64,000 nucleotides of DNA, taken from positions 616,843-680,842 of the forward strand of contig NW_015163623.1 in the NCBI RefSeq assembly GCF_001447785.1, written 5' to 3'. The notes below the pieces were generated by a model that did not search any database, had not been told where the DNA came from, and was given only the letters and a program-made list of their open reading frames with translations. Origin of the DNA: Gekko japonicus (taxonomy: Eukaryota). A program made the translations under genes and the position numbers. Shown one piece after another: positions 14,401-25,566 of the stretch. Each line of letters opens with the position of its first letter. The stretch's first letter is position 1.

Positions 14401-15025
14401 ATACCCAGCAACGGCCTGCTGATACAGCAACCATCCGAAAAACTATTGGCAAAGCCATCACTCTTTTGTTTGAAAAAAAGGAAATAAAAACCAGTTGGTA
14501 TTCGATCAGACAGATGGGTAAACAGGAATCATGCAGCGGCAGGGAAATGCTGTGATTCTATCCCACAGACTGCTACCCCTCTGGAAGGAGGTTCTTCCTG
14601 CGTTATTCTAGGAAGCCAACATAGCAACGCTCTCGCTTGGCCCCGCCTAACACGAAGAGCATCAAACCCCGCACGCTGTGAGCCTTGATGTAATGAGTCG
14701 CACAAATGCTCTACCCTCTCAGCACCGATCCCAGCCCGGCTGCTGCTCCGCGGGAATTCAATCCACCCGCCACTCTTCCTTCCTTTCAGTATGTAAGCCT
14801 CCAACAGCCAGTCTCAGCTTCGCCCGCCTCCGTCCCCGCGCCCCCATCCCCAGGGATGCGCCCTCCAGCCCAAAGCTTAGTTTACCAACCTCTGAGGCCG
14901 GGGTTGTCATCCTTGGCCCTGATCTTGCGGATTTTCACTGGCCGTCCGCTCAGCGTGGAAAGCACTAGCCTTTGCCGCAAAAAGTTGCACCCAACGTAAT
15001 TGAGGGAGTGAGAGTGGCTCGCCAT
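234..15025 (-). CDS. RCL1: RNA 3'-terminal phosphate cyclase-like protein 1, partial spliced CDS: join(15025-14890, 10943-10872, 6576-6401, 3360-3286, 1869-1745, 359-234); exons 7-9 lie left of the window
   Basis: Spliced translation [78 protein letters not shown]...HMKGTSSGK matches vertebrate RCL1. Exon sizes 136/72/176/75/125/126 keep frame with GT-AG ends, and the gene neighbours AK3 as in human. Confidence 0.97.
360..1744 (-). other. U12-type (minor spliceosome) GT-AG intron 5 of RCL1
   Basis: 5' splice site GTATCCTTT at 1744-1736; branch point TTCCTTAAC at 380-372, just upstream of the 3' AG (361-360); no polypyrimidine tract. Confidence 0.92.
1745..1869 (-). CDS. RCL1: RCL1 coding exon 5
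   Basis: [42 protein letters not shown]; followed by the U12-type donor GTATCCTTT. Confidence 0.96.
2081..2251. mobile_element. MITE (non-autonomous DNA transposon)
   Basis: Imperfect terminal inverted repeats TGGGTTGGATTCAGACTAAA ... TTTAGTCTAGATACAACCCA. Confidence 0.55.
3286..3360 (-). CDS. RCL1: RCL1 coding exon 4
   Basis: tttcag acceptor; [25 protein letters not shown]; donor GTAAGT. Confidence 0.96.
3575..4040 (-). mobile_element. L2 LINE 3' fragment
   Basis: Minus strand reads an AFSVVAP...NAFP motif typical of the L2 ORF2 C-terminus, followed by a TTGTGAGCTGCCTTGAG-type tail. Confidence 0.6.
5400..5452. repeat. (GA)n microsatellite
   Basis: About 26 perfect GA units. Confidence 0.98.
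6401..6576 (-). CDS. RCL1: RCL1 coding exon 3
   Basis: [59 protein letters not shown]; donor GTAAGT; not captured by the ORF track. Confidence 0.96.
7290..8460 (+). mobile_element. Degenerate, internally deleted L2 LINE ORF2
   Basis: Broken-frame motifs GHTLDLIF and PWSDHFLV (endonuclease), [30 protein letters not shown] and GVPQDSILS (RT). Confidence 0.85.
9360..9580. mobile_element. Penelope-like element fold-back containing a perfect 186-bp palindrome (9389-9574)
   Basis: The two 93-bp arms are exact reverse complements centred on GAT|ATC; sequence resembles reptile Penelope pseudo-LTR ends (AGCACCTTAAAGACTAAC; CTGAAG...AAAGCTCATAC). Confidence 0.8.
9700..9850. mobile_element. Penelope-like fold-back fragment (second family; related pieces at ~30620-30740, 41800-41890, 54910-55000, 57857-57972)
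   Basis: Inverted arms GAGTCCAGTGGCACCTTTA ... TAAAAATGCCACTGGACTC. Confidence 0.65.
10420..10640 (+). mobile_element. 5S rRNA-derived SINE
   Basis: 5S-like head (CTAAGCAGGGTCTGCCCTGGTTAGTATTTGGATGGGAGACC) fused to an RTE-like GGCAATGGCAAACCACCTCTG body. Confidence 0.8.
10872..10943 (-). CDS. RCL1: RCL1 coding exon 2
   Basis: ttctttgacag acceptor; [24 protein letters not shown]; donor GTAAAT. Confidence 0.96.
11142..11596. repeat. Local tandem duplication (11142-11344 / 11346-11596)
   Basis: Near-identical ~200-bp copies; the second carries an extra 48 nt. Confidence 0.95.
11975..12203 (+). mobile_element. tRNA-derived SINE (Squam3-like)
   Basis: tRNA-like head, GTGACCTTGGGCCAGTCAC core, CAGGGTTGTTGTGAGGATAAA, (TAAA)n tail. 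Confidence 0.75.
13276..13465 (+). mobile_element. tRNA-derived SINE (Squam2-like), diverged
   Basis: GACCCTGGAGAGCTGCCACCAGTC core shared with the copy at 29071-29272. Confidence 0.6.
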
Positions 15026-15400
15026 GTTGCTGCTGCGGAGGTAGCAACGAGCACCGCCAACCACAAGCCAGAGAGCTCGCCGCGCGCTCGCAGGCAGGCG
15101 AATCGCCTCGTTGTTATGATCGCAGCGCCGCCGTTGTTGCCCCGCAGTGCCCAGCGCGCGTCCACGTGGTTTGGAACAGGAAGATGGAACGCAGAGACAT
15201 CGGCTGGGGTCAAAGGGGAACGGGGCGGAGCTTGAGAGGAAGAGCCGCCGCGTTGCCAGCGAGCGGGCTTGGCGACGAGCGAGCGGTCGGCAGCTGCGGC
15301 GTCGGGAGCGAGGCTGTGCGAGATGAGATTCGAGAGCGGAAGTTTGCAAAAGCTCTTCGTGCTACAGACGGTATTAACGGCAACGTTGAAATAATCTCCA
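14800..15400 (-). promoter_or_regulatory. CpG-island promoter of RCL1
   Basis: Dense CpG around exon 1; palindromic E-box CCACGTGG at 15162-15169; ETS site GCGGAAGT at 15336-15343. Confidence 0.8.
14890..15025 (-). CDS. RCL1: RCL1 coding exon 1
   Basis: ATG in AGCAACATGG context; encodes [45 protein letters not shown]; donor G|GTTGGT. Confidence 0.95.
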
Positions 15401-15546
15401 CGGGAGATGCCACCATGGCTCAGTGACAGAGCGTCTGGGAGATAGTCCCAGGTTCACTCCCCGGCACCGCCAGCTAAAATCAAGTGTACACTACACAGAT
15501 TGTGTTCACTGTAACTTGTAAAATGAACTGTAGTAGATGATGAAAA

Positions 15547-16520
15547 AGGGGCCTGGGTAAAAGTCGGATCTAAATGGATCCTCATGAATTAATATGATTT
15601 TTTTACACTGAAACGAAATAAAACCACCATCATATTGTAGGCCATGTGTTAGTCTACAAGGGGCACCACAAACATCAGGCACCCACAGATTAGTGGCACC
15701 ACAGCAGCACAAAAACATGATTCCAAAGGACCGATCCTCATTAATTCATATGATTTATATGCTGGAATGAAAAACAACCATGGAGGGAATGGGGGCAACC
15801 TTTTGGGCCCCCCGTAGAATAGGACCCCCTGGTTCAATGTTCCTGAAACATGGTGTATCTTGGAGAGAGGCTCCAGCAGCTACCCTGCGATTTTGGAGCC
15901 TCTCCCTCAAACCCCCTCCCCTCCAGCCCCCAGAATATACCCTATGTTTTCACCATTGACTTCAATGGCCTGTAGGATATAATGGGGCCGAACTGCGGGA
16001 AGCCGATTCTTCTGTTTGCCCACCTCTCGCCTCTGCACTTCATCTTCTGCCAGGCATGGAGGAGCCCAGCTCGCCCAGGCTTCTTGCCTCCTGCTGCCTT
16101 GGCAATGCCTCTGGCTCAGCCCCAGCCCCCCCCCAAATTGGAAAGTTTGCACCCTTGTACCCAGGTCTTGTTAGGGGCTCTTTAAAAAGTTATGGCTGCC
16201 GGTGACGGCAGCAGCGCTAATGGCAGCTGCAACGGCGGCTTTTTAAAGACCTGGGGGAGCCAGAATGACCTCTCGCATGTGATGGCCGAGCCACACTGCT
16301 TGGCCATCACACGCGAGAGGTGGAATTTGCCCCTACAACTCCAAGGCCACCACCCAGGGGCTCAGAGAGGCAGGGGAACATTTCGTAACCCCCCCGCCGT
16401 TGCCGCTGCCATTAGCGCTGCTGCCGCCGCCGGCAGCCATAACTTTTTAAAGAGCCCCTAAGAAGACCTGGGGGAGCCAGAATGACCTCTCGTGTGTGAT
16501 GGCCGAGTGGCGTTGCAAGA
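15547..16520. mobile_element. Composite DNA-transposon remnant: end of the GGATCC-module element (15547-15780), then further repeat-derived sequence with internal inverted and direct repeats
   Basis: 15547-15780 is the reverse complement of ~60112-60346; 16171-16238 is inverted relative to 16394-16461. Confidence 0.65.
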
Positions 16521-17653
16521 GGTAGCATTTGGATATTTAGCACTAAAGCAAGATGCTTAACATTTCCTGGACAGTCTTTGGTTATGTGGATGGTATGGCA
16601 AGTCTCCACACAAGCACTTCAACGTCCTGGAGACAGCAATGTCCGTGCAGTGACAGGCTGGTCCACATGCTGAGTCACTTACATATGTGTGGCAGCTGTC
16701 AAGAACCCTTTGGAACCATCTGGAAGCATTTTTTTGAAGGGCGCCAGTATCAGATACATGTATACTATGAAGTAGGCCTCTACTGACTAGGGTGGTCATC
16801 TACAGAGTACTAAAAACAAAATAGGACAAAGAGGACAAAATTTTCATTTTTGCTTGCATTAATTTACATCATAAATGTAAATTTACACTTAAGTACAGTA
16901 ATTTAAATAAAATACATCTTATTTATATTTATTATTTATTTAAAAATTATATCCTGCCTTTCCTCATGGTTCAAGGTGGCTTAGTTAAAACCATGTTCAG
17001 TTAAAACCGTAAGTAAAATAGTAAACCTCAGATCTCTCCCTCACTCCCCCCTTAAAGTATGCCTGCCATTCAAACCCTCTCAAAAGCCCTGGCAAACAGG
17101 CTGGCCTTGCATCGGCTCCTGAAGATCTTCTTATGGCTCATCATCATCATCTTTCATTTATCCCAAACAGCCTGGTTAGCTTTAGCTGTCTTTCAGCACC
17201 TACAGGGGGCAATGGGGGCCTTGTGGCTGCTCGGAAATTTAGTCTTCCTCAGTTAATCTTACTGAGAAGAAGTAAAACCTCAACATTTTAGAGGCCAAAA
17301 AAAAGGAAAGAAAGAAAAGGAAAAGGGGCATCTGGCCAGCCACTCTATTGACCAAACATCAATATTTTTCTTTAGCTTTGACTTAATACAGCCATTATTT
17401 TTATTCCCTTTATTCCCTCTGTCCACTCATCAACCTATTTCTGGCTTTTGCTCAGAGTAAATGTATTCTTATGCGCTCCCCATTTCTCCAGGCAGCAAGA
17501 AGTTCCGGAAGCAGTACTTACCCTGGCTGATTTGTTTTGGACAAGAGAGCACTGGAGACTATGTTTTTTAAAAATTTTTTTGCAAATACACATGTAAAGC
17601 ACAGGTGGAGGCACACACCCCATTTCTATAGGGGAGCAAATCTGCTACTCCAG

Positions 17654-18191
17654 GGCTGCAGTCACACACGCCAAAAAAAACGGGGGAAGCGAGGCTATTT
17701 CCTCCGGAGGAATTTGACCCACAGTTGCACGATTATACCTCCCTTTGAAGCTGTGGGCGCAGTCCGTCAGTGCGTGATCAGATGCAACTGCAGGTGAGTC
17801 GGGGGGTTGTGCCATTCCCCCCCCCATGCACTTAACCGAGGGATCGATGAATTGCACCTCTGCACCAAGGGCTCCCTATGGAGTTTGAGATGATGTGCAT
17901 ATTGTGAAGGGGGGGGGGACAATGGCATGGAGTCAGAATGGCCTGATCAGACCATCCCAATGCCATTAGAGCGCACTGGAGTGATCAGACACGGGAAAGT
18001 CCGTCCATGGCCCATCGCAACCTGTTAACTACCAGATTTTCCCGTGTCTTTTAACTCTGCTTCTGCGGCGGAACAGAACAGGTTGCCAATGGCTGTGGGG
18101 CGCTTCCCAGATGTAGTTGTCTGATCGCACCCTTTAAATCCGCCCATCATTCGCACCTATGTCGGGTCGAATTGTGCATATGATTGCAGCC
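17654..18191. mobile_element. PIF/Harbinger-type non-autonomous element
   Basis: TIRs GGCTGCAGTCACAC ... ATATGATTGCAGCC with a 3-bp CAG target-site duplication on both sides. Confidence 0.7.
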
Positions 18192-18512
18192 CAGATCAGA
18201 TCCCCAGAAAGAAAGGGTGAATGAAAGAGGAGGAGCTAGAGATCTTTTACCCCCATGTGCTTCAGCCAGACTCCGATTACTTTTTCTTCTCACATGTGCA
18301 TGCACACATACAGAAACAGACATGCCTGTGCTCACTCCCCTCACAGGTAGGAGTCATCTTCAGCCAAGCTTTGAACAGAGACATTGGGAAACCAGTCCTT
18401 AGCAATTAAAGACCATGAAGAAACTTCCCCAGTTATTGAGGAGCATTAATATTCTTTTTGTTACAAGCCCTGATGCCAGTCCCCTTAGGCCAGATGCTTC
18501 TGCACTGATGAG

Positions 18513-18752
18513 TAGGGTTGCCACCAGTGGGTTGGTAAATTCCTGGAGCTTTTAGGGCAGAGACCGGTGGGGTTTCCAGCTTTCAGGTGGGGTCTGGAGA
18601 TCTCCCAGAATCACAGAGATCAGTTCCCCTGGAGAAAATGGCTGCCTCAGAGGATGGACTCTTATTTCATTGTACCCTGCTGAAGTCTCTCTCCTACCCA
18701 TACCCCACCCTCCCCAGCTCCATCCCCAAAATCTCTAGATATTTCCGAACCC
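18513..18752 (-). mobile_element. AGGGTTGCCA-type hAT-like MITE (related copies at 27138-27337 and 33441-33585)
   Basis: Shared GGTTGGGAAATTCCTGGAGATTT and GATCTCCAGG..CCACCTGGAGGTTGGCAACCCT segments across three loci. Confidence 0.65.
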
Positions 18753-19131
18753 ACAGCTGACTCAGCCTGGGGAGGGAGCACAGCAGGGATGTGATGCTTT
18801 AAAAAGGGTTCTAGAAAGGAACAACACAGGACCTGGTAGTCTGTGTATACCAGGGTGGATCTTGGTAGGGGTACCCCAGGATAAAAGTATGAAGAAAGAG
18901 AGTGAGAGTAATCGTAAACAAATAAATTTGTTGTATACAAAATAAAATAAAAAGGATTAAAAAGTGTAAAGAACCTACATTAGGCACCTGAGAACTGATT
19001 CCCTAAGCAATCACACATTTATACACACACACACTTATAGAAAGTGGGAAGGAGGAAATTGGGAGGTTTTAGGGAAGGGATATACAACCTTAAATCCTGG
19101 GTCTGAGGTCTGGACAGGTCCGGGGGCAGAC

Positions 19132-19812
19132 TGTCATGCCTGCCCTTGACTCAGCCCCAGAGCCAGCTCCTGACAGTATAAGAGGGGAGGATTCAGTGCC
19201 TTTAAGAGCTGAAGAAGCATCAGGATCTGCACCTACTGTAAGTACTGAGGAGGATACACAGCAATCTGAGTCAACTACAGGACAGTTTGCACCTGGGATT
19301 GAGCAGGCCTTAAGCAGCTCACCACCTGCATCTCCCCCACCTGTAAGTAGGCTTAGGGATCAGAGACGTCAGGAGCTGGCAAGCCGATGAAAAGCACGTT
19401 CAAGAGGGCGGAGATCCTTGAGCCCTGAGTTTTAACAGCAGCCAGGACCTCGCACAAAGGTGCTAATGAGTTAATGGGCCAGAGCACTATTTAGTAGGGC
19501 CTCTGGCCATGAGCAATTTGTGCTGGCAACCTCATTGGTAGAACCAGAAGCTCTGCACCTTGATTCCTGTTTGACTCTGTGGCTTTTGGACTCGGCTTGT
19601 GTTTGGACTGCTCTGGCTCCTGACTTCCAGCTTTCAACCTGACTACGCTCTCGGCTTTGCTCCCTGTACTCTGACCTCTGGTAACGTTTGACTATGGCTT
19701 TGTCTGGTGTTTTGGGACTTGTTTAATGCTCTGCTGACTGCCTGGCTGACCTTTGGATTTGTATTGTGACTCTCTCTGTCTGCCTGCCTGCCTCCTTGGC
19801 TCTACCGTGACA
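19132..19812 (+). mobile_element. Solo LTR (Gypsy-like), 681 bp
   Basis: Ends TGTCATG ... CGTGACA flanked by a perfect 5-bp TSD CAGAC; TATA-like TATTTA at ~19488 followed by a pyrimidine-rich repeat region. Confidence 0.8.
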
Positions 19813-20289
19813 CAGACACAGCTGAGGTGCCCAACACAACATCTGCCACCTGTACCGCAGCATGGACCTACCAGTCCCCATGTTATTGCAATTGCTGTGA
19901 ATTAACATCTGGCTCTGAACTGACCACAGTAATCAACTACAAGGCTCAGAGATCTGAGGAAGAATTTGCTAGGCCATGAGGTCCCTCTTTTACGGACAGA
20001 AGATCCCCTAGGGTAGGTGGGATTTTGGCGATCGTGGTTTTGGATTGGCTCTAGATTAAAATTTTCAATCTGGTTTAAAGTTAACTGCTGTCAAACCTCG
20101 GATGGAAAAAGTGAGGAAAATACCATGATTAGGAAAAAGAGGAACCAGGTGTTGGTTAATGAAATAGCAGCTTCTTTGGGATGAGCAGACACCTCTGGGG
20201 TATGTCAGGATATTGGGCTGATGTCTCCAGTGTTGAAAAGTCTTTTGTTAGTGAGAATGATATGCCACTGAGCTGGGGGAGATTGCATT

Positions 20290-20525
20290 TAAATCAGTAA
20301 GGAGCCACCACCGAAAATGCCCTGGCCCTGGTAACGGCAAGTCTCGCCTCCTTGGGGCCCGGGATAGATAGATGTGGTTGGGCCCCAGACCATACTGCTC
20401 TCTGGGGCACAAATGGGGAAAGGCGGTCCCTCAGGTAAGCCATGTAGGGCTTTAAAGGTAAGCACCAGCACCTTGAAGCGAATCCGGTAAGCAGTTGCCA
20501 TGAGCAGTCTGTTTGCCTCAGACAC
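20290..20525 (-). mobile_element. L2 LINE 3' fragment
   Basis: RIRFKVLVLTFKALHGL and RARAFSVVAP motifs in adjacent frames. Confidence 0.85.
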
Positions 20526-21879
20526 AGTGCCAAATCAGATGTGGCTCAAAAGATCTGCAGTTAGACTCTCACATGTGTGTGTTTTTCTGTGAGGCTAACA
20601 CAAGCCATGGTGTGGAGGTTATTTAAAACTGGGGCTATGACTCCAGAGAGTGAGAATTAACACTATCCTCGGTACTGTTTTCCTAATGCAAATCACACAT
20701 ACTCCCCAATCTGGTCTCTGTTCCCTGGAGGAGCAGCTGAATGGTGGGTGATTCATAACTAGAAAAGTGACACAGGGGGAAAAATCCCTCCCCAACCTTC
20801 TTAATGCTGGGAAACATTACAGAAGCAACGCCCCATCTGTAGTCTGAAATTGTTGAGCTATTCTAGAATCTTAGCATTCTGCCACATGCATACACCAAGC
20901 TTCAGACAAAGAAGATGAGTAGAAAATGATGGGGAAACAATAGGGAAGACAGAGTAGCATAGACAGAATCCTCTCAATAATCCAGCCCACACTTTCTTAC
21001 CCCTTCCTGCATCTTTTGGGTGCTTTTCTCACATAAACTAGAATCAACAACCACAGTAGAGACTATCAACGAAAGGAAGGGAGGCTGTCAGTAGTTGGCT
21101 CCCCATCATACCTGCATCCAACTCCATTAGCAACGATTGCTACCATCTGCAGCAGCAGCAGCAGGACCTTGGAGACAGAGGATAGACCAGTGGAACAAGA
21201 ACTGCTCTGCAGGACCTCTTCAGCCACTGCAACTGCTGAGAAAGATACTGTAGGAGATCTATCTGGGTCTGGCAGATCCTTGCCAGCAGGGTCACTTGTG
21301 TACCCTCCCACAGGCCTCAGACTAAGAAGGAAGGAGGTTTCCTTCGCCCTTATCCTTCATCACTCTCCCGAAACCTGCTCCTTTGAACCTCAGTAACTAG
21401 AGCCAGCATATCCTCTCTGGCTTTGCCTTATGAAGGGCCTGGCTCATCCCTTTTGGAACTCCCATGGGATCTGAGCCATTCCCATGGGAAGATGTTGCTA
21501 CCCTCCTACCACATTCTAGGTGTAATTCATCTCCTTCTTTCCCCACCCCTGGCTCAAGGCTGCTTCCCAGCTTTTCCTCAGGCAGTGGGCTGTTAAATGG
21601 CCAGTCTCTATCAAGCAATGGAGCCACAGACTTTGCTTCAAAGGTGTCATATATGTTGCTGCTTTGGTGCATGGACACTGAGGGTGAGTCCTTGGCTTCT
21701 CCCACAGTCAGGGAGCATGAGGGGGGGGGGTCACTCACGTCCTCGACAGAAGCATTTGGATTCCACAGCAGGCTCAGCAGCAGCAGGGGAGAAGAAGCCC
21801 CACCCACTTTGTCTCTTCAGTTCTTGGACCAACGCTGTGGTGTCTTGTTGCTTCTCTTTTGGGCTGGGGAAGTTAGTGG

Positions 21880-22300
21880 GGGAAACAATATACTATCGTC
21901 TCCTATTAATTCAAACTGTGGCACTAGACAAAGTTGCCCTTTTTCAGCAGTTCTATTTGCTCTAAGTATTGAACCTCTAGTTAACATGATAAGGGACAAT
22001 CAGGATATAAAAGCCTCCATGCCCCAGTAGGAGTCGCCAGAAGTCACCATGACTTCCAAGCACAGACACAGGCACACACACAAATGCAAAAAAAAGAAGA
22101 AGGAAAAGAAAAAGGATATAAAAGGTGTGTAGATCCAGCTGCAAACAATTTCAAAATAAGTCTATATACAGATAATGTTTTATTGTCTTTGACAGACCTG
22201 GAATGTTCAATAAAAGCTAGTTTAGAATGTTTTGAGAGTTATAGCACCATTTCTGGATACTGTATAAATTATAATAACACAGATTTAAATGGAATTATTA
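21880..22300 (+). mobile_element. L1/Tx1-clade RT fragment
   Basis: GTRQSCPFSAVLFALSIEPL...IR and FKISLYTDNVLL (degenerate YADD) motifs. Confidence 0.8.
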
Positions 22301-24364
22301 TTGATGGTCCCTTTAATTTACAACATTGTAATTATTATAATTTTTGTTGCTTAGGGTGAGTTGTTTCAAAAGGGAAAAGATTGTGTTTTAACATTACATT
22401 GCATTATATATTCTTGAAATAAAAATTATCTTTTAAAAGCTAATAAATATGATCTGCCATGCTAAACTCAGTTTAAGACTGAGCACCCTCGTGACTCATC
22501 TGCTGTGCCCCAGTTCATACAATAAGGCAAAGAGAGTCTCATTGTTCCTCCTGACTGCTGTTCTACAATTCCCTCACCCTGAAAATCTGCCAAAGCCTCA
22601 GTGTATTTCAGTAGTACTATGAAACTTTGGTTTCAGTTGGCTTCCTATTCCAGACTTAAACTCATTTGAGAGAGGTATCAAGTTAGCTTCTTGTCTCAAG
22701 AAGACCAGCACAAGCATCTTGAGGTACTTTGAAGACTCCGAGATATATTATGATTTAACAGGAAGGTTAAACCAGCATGGGATTTTTGTTTAATTGTGCA
22801 ATATACTGTTTTGGGTGTGTTCTTTATTTACCTTCTAGAAACTTCTGAAGGTGTTAGCATGTATGTTTTCCCCTAACCCAAGTCCTTTCTGAGATGAGGT
22901 CAAATCATGTGTGAACTGCATGTTGTTTGGCTCTGAAAGTTAAAAGGAAAGGAAAAAGATTGTGTCAAAATCCCTAAAATAGGTTTCCTGTATGGAGAAT
23001 TGGTGACATCTATTGGCCAGAGATGGTATTAGCAACTCTTAAAAAACATACCCGCCCCACACAAAATGCTCTTTTACTGTTTTTATCCTTCAGGGGTGAA
23101 TATTGCCAGGGCAGATTCTGAGAATTAGTTTTCTCTACCTGTGCTAAAACCTGGAATACGTGAAATTATAACAAAATGACTATAGCATAATGCTAAATTA
23201 AATGTGACTGGCATGAATAATTGATTGATTGCAACCTCATAGTCCAAACCACAACCCAATGAAATCAAAACAGATTTGAACAAACCTAGATGCCATTAAT
23301 ACAGTGTAATATCACCTACTCTGTAAATCATTTGAAACCTTATCATTTTAATAGGTTCTTTTCAGTCCATTATTGCTGAATATGGACATAAGGCTGTTAT
23401 GTCTCCTACAGGGTGGAAAATTAAAATCAGTGGTCACCATGTGTGCAAAAATATACATGCATCAAACTGTCTATTGATTAGAATTCAGTCAGGCAAGCAA
23501 AAAAAAGCTAGCCAGACTGGTTTAAAAATTCCCAAGTTAAGTGGTAGGGCTTTCATAGTGCCCCCATACAAACATTAAAAGTTGTGTGTTCACACCTTAA
23601 ATAACAATAACTGACTTCAGGGCCAGCTGATTGGTTTGCCAAACAGCAAGACCACTATGAGAAAGTATACATGGTTGAAAGGATGAGGCCCAAAAACTGC
23701 AAGTGGACCATTTGGCAGGTTTTAGTTAATGGTTACTTCAGGTTTCCAGATAAGGAAAAAGAAAAAACAACAACCCAAGGCCTAATCAAACACAGTTTGT
23801 GTAATCTAATCTTGTGCTTCATGGAATCCTACAGAAAATTATCTCTCTCCAGGGCATAGGGATGGGTGCAATAGAAGATTTCTCCATATGCTAGAGCCCT
23901 TTGTGCGAGCAGAAATGTACTTAAAAGACCACACTGGCAGCTTGCGCTGATTTAAATTCACTTTATCTCAGATTGCATTTCTGCTTGCACAAGATGTTGC
24001 AGAATTAATTGCAGCACAGCTACAGCTATTACCTGCACAAGTGGAACTGCACTAAGTGCATTTGTGTTTCCATTCATGCATTACTGGATCCAACCCCCCA
24101 TGTTTCCTAGTCTTGTCTGTTCACCCATTCTGATCCTATGAGGGACTGGCTGAATATTTAGCAATGTGCTGTCTCACTCAGTTTCACAGCAATGGCAGCC
24201 AAGTCTATGGGGCTGCTAGAATTTTTGTTCTCAGAGGGCTTCTGTCCTTGACAGTGTCGAATATGCAGAATGTTAGTGGGTAAATCTCTTCCTGGCATGA
24301 AGATTCAATGAGGAGGAATGTTTTACCTGCTAAGTGTCTGCCTGCCAGACAGCTGCTAAAGGTA

Positions 24365-24681
24365 TGTAATACACTGGGTTTGGACGCGTAAAAGTGGCCA
24401 GCTCATGGTTTATTGGAACTTGGTAAAAACACAAGACAACTTGCAGGGCCGTGACCCCGCTTAAGTCTGTGAAACACACTACACCCAACACACACTCTCA
24501 CTTCCCATGATAGGTTATTTACATGGTGGCTATCCATCATAGCCTGGGCGCAGGATCTAAGGTGGCCGATAGGCTAGTTCTCGGATCCTCACCTGCTATT
24601 GTTATAGAATCTTAAGCTGCGCTTGTTCGCCTGACCACGTGTGAACCCAAGTGCATGTGTAGTCTATCTTAATACACAACA
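24365..24681 (-). mobile_element. Solo LTR, 317 bp
   Basis: TGT...ACA ends with a perfect 5-bp TSD AGGTA (24360-24364 and 24682-24686); AATAAA on the minus strand near 24410. Confidence 0.7.
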
Positions 24682-25104
24682 AGGTACAAGATTTTTGCCC
24701 CTTCTATGGATGTTCATGGAGTCCCTCATACACAGTAAGAAGAGACACATTTAGCTCCAGGAGAAGGATGAGATGCTGTTTGCTGCAGAAAGAGAGAACA
24801 GAGATTCCCATATATTAGCAAGATGCAGCAGGAAATTTTCCACATGATCTTTTTTACACATATACGTAAACTAATAATAATGTATGCACATGAAAAAGGG
24901 CTGTTTTCAAATGCATGGTATATACATACCACTACATGATATAAAAGGTTGGTACATTCAATGTGTTTTTTGTGATCTCCTAACTGAAGGCGTCAAAGCA
25001 GCTTCATGGGGTCATGATGAGACCAAGGCTACAGCACTGGGAGAGGGAGGATGAACTGGACTTGTAAATATCTTTTCTGCCAAATGATGCTAACACCCAA
25101 AGAG

Positions 25105-25566
25105 TGATTAACACATGGAATTCACTGCCACAGGAAGTGGTGGCAGCTACAAGCATGGACGGCTTCAAAAGGGAATTAGATACGCATATGGAGCTGAGGT
25201 ATAGATAGGGGCTTTGAAGAACAGCTAGCCGGTAGGGTGCCTGGTAGGCATTCCCCTCCCCAAAACTGTGTGTGGCCCTAGTTAGAAGTGTAAATTGTAC
25301 TGTGTAAACCGCTCAGAGCCCTTCGGGGGTGAGCGGTCTAGAAATCGAAAGTTAAATAAAAAAATAAATAAATGGGGCAAGTGATGCTCTATCTTCTTGG
25401 TGCTTGGGGGGGGGGCAACAGTGGGAGGGCCTCTAATGTCCTGGCCCCACTGGTGGACCTCCTGATGGCAACTGGTATTTCTGGCCACTGTGTGACACAG
25501 AGTGTTGGACTGGATAGGCCTTTGGCCTGATCCAACATTGGCATCTCTTATGTTCTTATGTTCTTA
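25105..25566 (+). mobile_element. CR1 LINE 3' end, interrupted by a short L2-like tail (~25262-25372)
   Basis: WNSLPQEVVAATSMDGFKRELD motif and terminal (TTATGTTC)n repeats. Confidence 0.85.

Noticed and set aside
1-15025. miR-101 hairpin expected in RCL1
   Set aside because: The mature sequence TACAGTACTGTGATAAC is not seen. Its host intron is further 3', outside the window.
15026-15349. Apparent 110-aa N-terminal extension of RCL1 in the ORF track
   Set aside because: Starts at a non-ATG codon in a GC-rich island. Homology begins at the ATG at 15025, which has a good Kozak context.
15405-15480. tRNA gene upstream of RCL1
   Set aside because: Only degenerate A/B-box-like sequence with no cloverleaf; most likely a SINE head remnant.
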